39,953 nt of DNA from a virus: IMG/VR virus record IMGVR_UViG_3300040801_001099, positions 1-39,953 of that record; one strand, written 5' to 3'. A model generated the notes under the pieces. That model ran no database searches, was not told the DNA's origin, and saw nothing but the letters and a program-made list of their open reading frames with translations. The first letter of the stretch is position 1. The number at the start of each line of letters is the position of its first letter. A program made the translations under genes and the position numbers. Of the stretch, positions 16,638-23,539 are shown piece by piece.

Positions 16638-16792
16638 ATAAGAATGCTTATATTGCCAGCCTTGTAGGGCCAGGCGGTGACTTGTGCGGATATGTTGTGG
16701 TGTATGCCAGCACTGAGCAGGCAGCTCGTGGCTTGCTGATGTGTATGGGTGTGAATGACTATTGTGATCTGCGTTATGGCGGTGAGATTTGA
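16634..16792 (+). CDS. Small hypothetical protein (52 aa)
   Basis: ATGA overlap with rusA. Hand-translated as MNKNAYIASLVGPGGDLCGYVVVYASTEQAARGLLMCMGVNDYCDLRYGGEI. Confidence 0.4.
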   Translation: MNKNAYIASLVGPGGDLCGYVVVYASTEQAARGLLMCMGVNDYCDLRYGGEI

Positions 16793-16793
16793 T

Positions 16794-16970
16794 ATGAGAT
16801 GGAAACGAAAAGAACTGAAAGATTTGACTGTGTGGCGCTCGTGGTTTGCGTGGTATCCTGTGACCATTGGTGATCAGTGGGTGTGGCGTGAAGTCGTTGA
16901 GCGAAGAAGGGTTTATGCCTTTGTAGATTGCAGTTTTTGGGTTTACAGGGATGTGCAACCTTGGTTTTAG
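16794..16970 (+). CDS. Small Trp-rich hypothetical protein
   Basis: Internal ATG of track ORF 16755..16970, 1 nt after the upstream stop. MRWKRKELKDLTVWRSWFAWYPV... It is the last gene of the early operon. Confidence 0.5.
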   Translation: MRWKRKELKDLTVWRSWFAWYPVTIGDQWVWREVVERRRVYAFVDCSFWVYRDVQPWF

Positions 16971-16978
16971 TGATATTA

Positions 16979-17425
16979 CTAATCAGTAATAATGCGCATT
17001 TGAGTGATGCGAAGAACACCCCCCGGTATAAACATTTTCGCCGAAAACCCAAAAAATCTACGGCAAGCGGATAGTGACGCATGAATACTAGAGCATATTT
17101 GCAGAGTTTTGGTGGCAGAATCCAGGCGGATTGCCCGTCTGTTTTTTATGCGTTTTTGATGAGAATGCGCTTCAATTATTGCTGGATATTTTTCGATGAT
17201 TTTTATTTCATTGATAACTTCGGATTTCGTATGCTTATTTCCGGGAAGCAAATCAGATGCTTCGAGCTGATTTTTGAGCGAGATTAGTTTTCGTCGAAGC
17301 GAAAAACTGGCCGACGCAAAAAACGCACGGGAGCTGGGGAAGGTGGCTAGACTCGGGGGACAAGTCGGAGGTTTTCGCATTTTTGAGAATTCGCAAAAAT
17401 GCGAATCGGATATCGGATGTCTCAT
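16979..17425 (-). CDS. Only sizeable non-overlapping minus-strand ORF; possible divergent regulator, but doubtful
   Basis: 148-aa ORF inside the non-coding hub. The middle part (KLISLKNQLEASDLLPGNKHTKSEVINEIKIIEKYPAIIEAHSHQKRIKNRRAIRLD) reads protein-like. The N-terminal third is low-complexity and lies on palindromic DNA. No RBS and no recognisable HTH were seen. Confidence 0.2.
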   Translation of the reverse strand: MRHPISDSHFCEFSKMRKPPTCPPSLATFPSSRAFFASASFSLRRKLISLKNQLEASDLLPGNKHTKSEVINEIKIIEKYPAIIEAHSHQKRIKNRRAIRLDSATKTLQICSSIHASLSACRRFFGFSAKMFIPGGVLRITQMRIITD

Positions 17426-17431
17426 ATCCGA
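17376..17431. promoter_or_regulatory. Chain of overlapping inverted repeats
   Basis: CGCATTTTTG (17376-85) pairs with CAAAAATGCG (17394-403). ATTCGCA pairs with TGCGAAT around an AAAA loop. TCGGATAT (17406-13) pairs with ATATCCGA (17424-31). Confidence 0.6.
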
Positions 17432-17509
17432 ATTATCTGAGATAAATAGGATTAGATTTATCCGAATTGAATGATAATAAAATTGTCAAATCCCTATAGC
17501 GAACCCTTG

Positions 17510-17526
17510 CCCCCCCGTAGGGGGGG
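17510..17526. other. C7-GTA-G7 hairpin
   Basis: CCCCCCCGTAGGGGGGG forms a perfect 7-bp G:C stem with a 3-nt loop inside AT-rich DNA. No flanking T-run on either strand. Confidence 0.7.
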
Positions 17527-17796
17527 TGACATCGAACCGATTCTCACGTTCTCAAACATGCGAAAAGTTTCTCATTCCTGAGACTAACAGAAACGTGTCT
17601 CTTTTGACGTTTTGAGATGACGCCTATATCTCATATCCTGTTTTTTAAAACACTCTCCTAGCAGCCTTAAAATGCGTTTTGCGGCTATCGGCAGTTTTCT
17701 GACAATCATATTGTCGAATATGCTTGTTTTTTCGGCATTCGTGCAGATTTCATGCCAAGTGGTGTTTTTTCGCAAATATTAGAAAATGCCATGTCA

Positions 17797-17817
17797 GAAT
17801 TGAGAATTTCTCAATTC
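17797..17817. promoter_or_regulatory. Perfect 21-bp palindrome, operator candidate upstream of the 17984 operon
   Basis: GAATTGAGAA-T-TTCTCAATTC. TTGAGA/TCTCAA-like half sites recur through 17270-17620. An isolated TTAGAAAAT iteron sits at 17779-17787. Confidence 0.65.
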
Positions 17818-17862
17818 ATAGAACGTGCCAAGTCTGAAAGTATTTTATCGAATTGTGTTTTT

Positions 17863-17882
17863 ATTGAGTAAAATTGAGTAAA
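17863..17882. repeat. Tandem 10-bp direct repeat ATTGAGTAAA x2 (contains TAAAAT -10-like hexamers)
   Basis: Read directly from the sequence, about 100 nt upstream of ATG 17984. The promoter assignment is tentative. Confidence 0.6.
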
Positions 17883-17983
17883 ATAATTTTTCTTTGTCCA
17901 GGCGTAAACTTGGCATGGGAAAGGCTAATATAGATTTATCGGCCACCGCTAACGGCCACAACAAACACAACGGAGAAAAAACA

Positions 17984-18412
17984 ATGAACACTAACGAATT
18001 AAACGAAAAAATTGACGGCATTAAAAAAGACCTTGGATATCTTGCCAGCGAATTACTCGAATATCCGCTAGACTTATCAGAATATGCGCATGAGCAAGCG
18101 GACGCCGATAGCGACGTTATCTACTGTAGCAAAGCTCACGAATTAATCCGCGACGCGTCAATGGATGAAAGGAGCGAAGCTGAAAGCCTGTTGCATGAAA
18201 TGTGCGGGTTGGATGATAAACCTGACTATGACACTATAGCAACGCGCATTGCATATTGGATTGTTTACAATCGAGTAATGACAGAATGTCAGGAAGAGCT
18301 TGCCGCTTATCGGGATGAATTGGAAGAGCTGCGATCTGAAGAGCTGTCGGAAGATTGCGATAGCATGATCCAGGCGGAGTTGGACAAGATCGAAGAATGC
18401 GGGATTTACTAA
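17984..18412 (+). CDS. Highly acidic early protein (142 aa)
   Basis: GGAGAAAAAACA precedes the internal ATG 17984 of track ORF 17894..18412. Asp/Glu-rich throughout. It is the first gene after the regulatory hub. Confidence 0.6.
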   Translation: MNTNELNEKIDGIKKDLGYLASELLEYPLDLSEYAHEQADADSDVIYCSKAHELIRDASMDERSEAESLLHEMCGLDDKPDYDTIATRIAYWIVYNRVMTECQEELAAYRDELEELRSEELSEDCDSMIQAELDKIEECGIY

Positions 18413-18438
18413 CACCAACAAAAAAGGACATAAGACAA

Positions 18439-18618
18439 ATGATTCACTATCGACTATGCCACAACGAAATTGACGCGCTGGAAGATGGCTTGTTCTTCAC
18501 GCTGACTTGCAAATCCCGGCTGCGGGCAAAGCTGCTATTCTTTGCGCTTTGCGTGCTGTCTGTGAACACCAGGAGCGCGACGAAAAACGAAAACAACGAA
18601 AACAAAAAAGGAGAATGA
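18439..18618 (+). CDS. Small hypothetical protein
   Basis: Internal ATG of track ORF 18397..18618, preceded by AAAAGGAC. Confidence 0.45.
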   Translation: MIHYRLCHNEIDALEDGLFFTLTCKSRLRAKLLFFALCVLSVNTRSATKNENNENKKGE

Positions 18619-18621
18619 AAG

Positions 18622-18828
18622 ATGAAAACTAAAGTGATGACATACGAAACACTACAAAAGGAATGCGCATATCGTGGCTTTACTGAAACGCCGTTAAGTG
18701 AGCATGAATACAGGCATTTAATTGTCCTTGGAATGAGTGCGCATGATATATACGGAATAGCTTGTGATATGTATTGTGAAGCCTTTGAAACGCTAAATGA
18801 TGCAATCGAATTTTATGCCAATGCATAA
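18622..18828 (+). CDS. Hypothetical protein
   Basis: 68-aa ORF with an AAAGGAGA RBS. Confidence 0.6.
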   Translation: MKTKVMTYETLQKECAYRGFTETPLSEHEYRHLIVLGMSAHDIYGIACDMYCEAFETLNDAIEFYANA

Positions 18829-18862
18829 CTAACCAATAGCAAGACGCAATCCAACGCAAATC

Positions 18863-18891
18863 AGCCCCGGCCTAATCCGCCGGGGCTTTTT
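18863..18891 (+). terminator. Rho-independent terminator
   Basis: AGCCCCGGC-ctaatcc-GCCGGGGCT followed by TTTTT. Confidence 0.8.
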
Positions 18892-19259
18892 CGTGCCTTT
18901 CCCCATGGGCGTATGATTGCAAAGCAGGCAATGCGCCGCAATGCTGTTTAAATCGCTTGTTAGCGCGTTTTGGACGCTTGCCTATGTGTGGATAAGGGTA
19001 AGCGGGCAAACGTTGTTAGCGGGCGTGTATGTCCGCCTGGTGGGAATGTGGTTGGAATGCAATGCGAATGTCTGGTGAAGGGTGCGCATAGGGCTGTAAA
19101 GGGTGGCATTGTCCGGTATAGTCCCCCATACGGGTCCTAGGGGCTCTATATGGAATTTTTGGCGGTCCACGTCGAACACGACCTATAGGTGGAGGGATAA
19201 AATAAATATTACTTATTCACTCGCATAACATCACACAAAAGCCTAGATTTGTCTATGTT

Positions 19260-19448
19260 ATGAGACGAACTACAATAATTCTTGATGAAGAATGCTACAG
19301 TATTCTTAAGAAGATAAGATACATGAATGGACCTAACTTATCAGAGATGGTTAGGGACATAATCAAATCTTATGCGGTTGAACAAGACCTCGAAAGAAAA
19401 TTCAATAATGAGATCAGCCAAAATGGACAGACAATCGAACCTTTATAA
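19260..19448 (+). CDS. Ribbon-helix-helix (CopG/Arc-like) DNA-binding protein upstream of terL
   Basis: MRRTTIILDEECYSILKKIRYMNGPNLSEMVRDIIKSY shows a strand-helix-helix pattern. The start codon lies in the 8-bp inverted repeat CATAACAT (19224-31) / ATGTTATG (19255-62). Confidence 0.65.
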   Translation: MRRTTIILDEECYSILKKIRYMNGPNLSEMVRDIIKSYAVEQDLERKFNNEISQNGQTIEPL

Positions 19449-19638
19449 AAACTCAAATAGGACAAACGATCTAGACTGTGCTTTAGGCCAGGTTTTATGT
19501 ATGAACCATTTTTTAGGATGCACTCCTGTTGTTTGTACGCCATCAGACCTGCCCCCAGATATTGACTTTAAAGTAGTTTGCAAAAGGTATGGTGTCATTT
19601 TATGTGATGAAAACACAATATCTGAGTTGCTTTCGTAA
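19423..19638 (+). CDS. Small Cys-rich ORF abutting terL (start uncertain: 19423 or 19501)
   Basis: Part of track ORF 19372..19638. Its stop overlaps the terL ATG (TAATG). No recognisable small-terminase features. Confidence 0.3.
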   Translation: MDRQSNLYKNSNRTNDLDCALGQVLCMNHFLGCTPVVCTPSDLPPDIDFKVVCKRYGVILCDENTISELLS

Positions 19639-21680
19639 TGACAATTAGAGATATAGAAACTAGGCTTGTTGCCGAAGAGAAGAAGAAATCTGTTCGTCGA
19701 GCTGCCAAGGTTGTCACATGGGACGAAGACGCTGAGAATAAAGCACGAATCCAACGTGAGCAATGGCGATACGACCTCCGTGGATTTTGCTTAGAGATGT
19801 TTCCAGACACGTTTTACAATGGCTTTGGAAAGTATCATGTAAAAATGCTAGAGAAGATGCAGAACACCATTTTGGAGGGTGGGCAGATTGCTGACGCTAT
19901 GCCCCGTGGATCTGGTAAAACGACTTGCGCACAAATAGCTATTATGTGGGCAGTTCTTTATGGGCATAGAAAGTTCTGCGTGCTTGTATGCGCCGAGGGC
20001 GGTGCGGCTACTGAACTGATGGACGACATTAAAACCTACTTATGGCAATCTCCAAAAATTAAAGAGTATTGGCCAAAGCTTATATCATATATTGACAAAG
20101 GAGACGGGCAGAGCCAGAAATTCAGGCACTTACTAAACTCTGACGAAACTCCACCAATGATCTCCTGGGGTAAAGAGCGCATACGGCTGCCGTCGACGCC
20201 GAAGTTTGAACTTGATGAATGGGCTGGAGCCATAGTTCACTCATGCGGGATCACTGGCAGAATCCGGGGTATGAAAAAGACGTTGCCTTCTGGATACGTT
20301 CTTCGTCCAGATTTTGTTCTCGTAGATGACCCACAAAGCCGTGAGTCTGCAAAATCTGTGACGCAGATAAACGACAGGGAAAGCACAATTAACGCTGATA
20401 TTTTGGGTCTGGCAGGACCAAATAAAAAAATAGCCTGTTTTATGGCGATGACTGTTATTTATCCAAATGACCTTGCTTGTCATTATCTTGACAAACAAAG
20501 ATACCCAGATTGGAACGCCAGCAAAGTCCCAATGCTTATAAGTTGGCCGAACGCCAAAGATACGCTGTGGGAAGAATATAACCTTATCCGAGTTAGATTG
20601 CTTAACGATGAGAAGCCACTTGATGAGGCGTGGGAATTTTATAGAAAAAATCAAGAAGCGATGGATGCTGGTGCTGAAGTTTATTGGGAGGACCGCACGT
20701 TTCCAGACGATATTAGCCCAATCCAACATGCAATGAACCTTTGGTTTAAAGAGCCAAGTTCGTTTTTGTCAGAATACCAAAATGAGCCTATTGAGTATAC
20801 GGGTGGTGCGCCGTTTATTTTAGAGCCAAGGGATGTGATGACCGCGACAAACGGAAGGAAGCGGTTATCAGTACCAGACGACGCACTTATTATATCATCA
20901 TTCACTGACATCAACTTCAGTGGTTTAAACACTGTGGTAGTAGCCAGTACAAATGATGCTGTTAGATACATCATTGATTACCAAACCTACCCAGGTGGAG
21001 GAAAGGAGCTTTATAGAAGGCCGGAACGTGGGCAATCTATAGGAGACTCAGAGCAAGTGGCGATTGCTAAAGGGTTAGACGCTCACATAGCCCAGATCGC
21101 AAGCGCAAGGTACATGCGAAACGGAAAAGCTGTAAAGCCAGACTTAATTCTTATCGACGCTGGATTTAATAGAGATCTGGTATTTAGGTGGTGCGCTTCG
21201 CATCGGCATGTCTTTGGAAACGTCCATGCCAGCTTGGGCAGGGCTTACAGCAAGTATAGACCTTCTAGCGTCGTAGGTAAGCCTGGGGATAATTTCCACA
21301 TTGCTGAAATTGAGAAGCGTGGCCGTGCGATGGTCCACAACGCCGACGAATGGCGTATGAGGGCGCAGAAGGCATTCTTGCTACCAACAGGCTCCAAAGG
21401 TAGCATCAGCTTGTTTGGCAAGTCTCCAGTGGCTCACAAACGCTTCTCAGACGAAGTATGCGCTGAAGTGCTGGAAGAATACATCGAAGCCACAGAAGGC
21501 GGGAACCAGTTCTTCAAGTGGGGCAAGAAAGTCGGCGTGTCCAACGACTTGCTCGACGCATTGGTAGGAGCGGTGGCAGGGACCGCATATCTCGGAGCCA
21601 GCGAGACAGGACTCGGCGCAGTTCCGTCACGTCCAACGAAGCGCAAGCCACGGCGCACGATGCCGAAGATCCGCATCTGA
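19638..21680 (+). CDS. terL: Terminase large subunit
   Basis: 680 aa. Walker A is AMPRGSGKTT and the Walker B-like motif is DFVLVDDPQS. The C-terminal half is the size of a nuclease domain. It lies upstream of the gpW/portal/capsid genes. Confidence 0.85.
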   Translation: MTIRDIETRLVAEEKKKSVRRAAKVVTWDEDAENKARIQREQWRYDLRGFCLEMFPDTFYNGFGKYHVKMLEKMQNTILEGGQIADAMPRGSGKTTCAQIAIMWAVLYGHRKFCVLVCAEGGAATELMDDIKTYLWQSPKIKEYWPKLISYIDKGDGQSQKFRHLLNSDETPPMISWGKERIRLPSTPKFELDEWAGAIVHSCGITGRIRGMKKTLPSGYVLRPDFVLVDDPQSRESAKSVTQINDRESTINADILGLAGPNKKIACFMAMTVIYPNDLACHYLDKQRYPDWNASKVPMLISWPNAKDTLWEEYNLIRVRLLNDEKPLDEAWEFYRKNQEAMDAGAEVYWEDRTFPDDISPIQHAMNLWFKEPSSFLSEYQNEPIEYTGGAPFILEPRDVMTATNGRKRLSVPDDALIISSFTDINFSGLNTVVVASTNDAVRYIIDYQTYPGGGKELYRRPERGQSIGDSEQVAIAKGLDAHIAQIASARYMRNGKAVKPDLILIDAGFNRDLVFRWCASHRHVFGNVHASLGRAYSKYRPSSVVGKPGDNFHIAEIEKRGRAMVHNADEWRMRAQKAFLLPTGSKGSISLFGKSPVAHKRFSDEVCAEVLEEYIEATEGGNQFFKWGKKVGVSNDLLDALVGAVAGTAYLGASETGLGAVPSRPTKRKPRRTMPKIRI

Positions 21681-21740
21681 CCCGAATCACTACAAAAATG
21701 TAGCACAAACACACCGCAATTCATGATTAACCAAAAAAGG

Positions 21741-22120
21741 TTAATTAGAAAAAATCGGGGTAAATTAGAAAATTTGAGACGAAATTAGAAAATTTAGCCA
21801 AAAGTTAGAAAATCCGAAAAATCGGTCGATGAGCGTTTTGAGTAGTATTTATAGTATTTTTTTAAATATATATTTTTTTATTTAATACTATTTTCTAATT
21901 TTCTAGGGTGGGTACACACCTTTCTATATTTTCTAATTTTTCTAATTCTTCTAGCCACCCCCCTAGAAAAATTAGAAAATCGGGTTTTTAAAAAACTAAG
22001 CATCTTAATTATAACAACTTACGCACACTAAAATTTTCTAATGATAATTAGAACTTTTCGAACATCGTCGTAAGTCGTTGATAATCAACACCTGGATTTT
22101 CTAATTCACTTTAGAACGAT
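21741..22120. repeat. Iteron-like array of TTAGAAAA(T) / (A)TTTTCTAA with a central A/T tract
   Basis: Forward copies start at 21745, 21765, 21785 and 21805, exactly 20 bp apart. An A/T-only tract spans about 21841-21890. Reverse copies lie at 21891, 21929, 21938, 22034 and 22097. A further forward copy lies at 21972. Degenerate copies lie at 21899, 21946, 21963, 22048 and 22111. Confidence 0.85.
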
Positions 22121-22194
22121 TTTTTTGATATAAATGCTTGTGTAAACCTAAATGCTCATGTATATTGATATACGTTAACCCAAACCAAGGAAGT

Positions 22195-22395
22195 ATGATG
22201 ACATTCGATATAACTGAATCCCGTGGCAAAGCAATGTTCTTGCAGTTCTATGCGCCAGCCACGTTTGGCGAGTTGATTACTGAACTCTCCGAAAAGACTG
22301 GACACAAGAAAGCCTACGTTTGCAGAGAGCTGATTCGCAACGGCGTTGATGCGTTCATTGCCAAGCATGGCTTGGACATCCAAGTGATAAAATAA
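22195..22395 (+). CDS. Ribbon-helix-helix-like protein immediately downstream of the iteron array
   Basis: AAGGAAG RBS before ATG 22195 within track ORF 22138..22395. KAMFLQFYAPATFGELITELSEKTGHKKAYVCRELIRNGVD fits strand-helix-helix. Confidence 0.6.
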   Translation: MMTFDITESRGKAMFLQFYAPATFGELITELSEKTGHKKAYVCRELIRNGVDAFIAKHGLDIQVIK

Positions 22396-22471
22396 AAAGC
22401 CGAACATTCCGCTTGCAAACCGCCGATTCGTATGGCAAAGAGAAATCTCAAACCAAAAAAAAGGAGAATAA

Positions 22472-22702
22472 ATGCGAAATACTGGAGCAATCACCATTCC
22501 GCAGCATTTTGAGAAAATGCACAAGATTTACGGGATGCCTACTTCCGAGGACCGATTAGAGGGTCATTTGCGACAAAAACAGTACGCAGACTCAATTTGC
22601 GCCCTTATGTTCGGACAAGACAACGCAGAGATGGCGGGACGCGATTCTGAGCGTTCCGCCGATAGTTTGGTTGCAACTGAGGAGAAAACCAATGGACACT
22701 GA
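22472..22702 (+). CDS. Hypothetical protein
   Basis: 76-aa ORF with an AAAGGAGA RBS. Confidence 0.5.
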   Translation: MRNTGAITIPQHFEKMHKIYGMPTSEDRLEGHLRQKQYADSICALMFGQDNAEMAGRDSERSADSLVATEEKTNGH

Positions 22703-22913
22703 ACATAGAGATAAACCGATTTGCCCCCATTGTGGGTATGAAGAAACTGATGCGTGGGAGATGGATTTTGGAGGGCTCGAAGGTTGCGAAGAGTTTGAAT
22801 GTGGTATGTGCAGTGAGCCGTTTTTCTGCACGAAATCTGTTACGATTACCTACAGTACAAAGCCAATCAACGCCAAAGCTGGCCGGATTGCCGACCAAGG
22901 AGAAAAGCTATGA
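22692..22913 (+). CDS. Zinc-ribbon mini-protein
   Basis: Internal ATG of track ORF 22671..22913. Contains CPHC...(24 aa)...CGMC. Confidence 0.55.
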   Translation: MDTEHRDKPICPHCGYEETDAWEMDFGGLEGCEEFECGMCSEPFFCTKSVTITYSTKPINAKAGRIADQGEKL

Positions 22914-23167
22914 AAAACGGAAGCGATGTCGGCAATTCGGCCAAGTGTATTGTTGAAAAAATTTGGATAGCTGTTGGACACAGTGATGAATACGGGCCTG
23001 TAGTGCTCCCTGCTTATGCGGCTTCAAGGGAGGCGGATGTGTACAGGAAAATCGACATGTTTGATGGCCGCCGTGTTGCTAAAGAGCTTGGTTGGGACGT
23101 CATTGAAGCGAGCGTTTCATTCAACGCCGGAGCTGGCCGGATTGCCGAGCGAAAGGAGGACGTATGA
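22910..23167 (+). CDS. Hypothetical protein
   Basis: 85-aa ORF with an ATGA overlap. Its 5' and 3' junctions are copies of the same 89-nt sequence (see findings). Confidence 0.55.
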   Translation: MKNGSDVGNSAKCIVEKIWIAVGHSDEYGPVVLPAYAASREADVYRKIDMFDGRRVAKELGWDVIEASVSFNAGAGRIAERKEDV

Positions 23168-23232
23168 ACCGCGAGACAGGTAAAGGCAATTCGGCCCGGT
23201 GTCTGGTTGAACCTAAGAAAAGGATGGTATGA
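23164..23232 (+). pseudogene. Truncated paralogue (22 codons) of 22910..23167
   Basis: MNRETGKGNSARCLVEPKKRMV* compared with MKNGSDVGNSAKCIVEKIW... It has the same ATGA junction, and homology is lost after about 16 codons. Confidence 0.3.
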
Positions 23233-23233
23233 A

Positions 23234-23539
23234 ATGATGGCTTTTCCAACGACGTGCAAAAAATGTGGTAATGTTGACTTTGACCCAACCGGCAAAGTGC
23301 CGGATGAAGATATATGTGAATGCAACAAAAAAGATTTTGAAGCGCAGAAGTTAGAAGAACTCCTGTCTAGATACTGGGACTTAGCCTACCAAGAAGGAAG
23401 CCTAGGTATATCTTACGGGGATGAAGCTAATAAGGTGCTTCATGAACTTCGTCACATGTTCAACGAAAAGCTGACCGGATCACGCGATAAAGCGGGATTC
23501 GGTCAAGAGTATGGTTGTAAAGTGGAGTCAGAAGAGTGA
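23234..23539 (+). CDS. Zinc-binding small protein
   Basis: Internal ATG of track ORF 23207..23539. Contains CKKCGN...ICEC. Confidence 0.55.
   Translation: MMAFPTTCKKCGNVDFDPTGKVPDEDICECNKKDFEAQKLEELLSRYWDLAYQEGSLGISYGDEANKVLHELRHMFNEKLTGSRDKAGFGQEYGCKVESEE

Noticed and set aside
17495-17545. tRNA-like T-loop words (GGTTCGAT on the minus strand) near the C7/G7 hairpin
   Set aside because: I could not build a flanking 5-bp T-stem, an acceptor stem or an anticodon arm. No cloverleaf is possible by eye. I call no tRNA anywhere in the window.
17584-17775. 63-aa minus-strand ORF in the regulatory hub
   Set aside because: It has a TTG start, no RBS, and a basic low-complexity product, and it sits on operator-like repeats. 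It is more likely non-coding.
21741-22120. Possible CRISPR array
   Set aside because: The repeats are only 8-9 bp, occur in both orientations, have a 20-bp period with no unique spacers of CRISPR length, and no cas genes are present.
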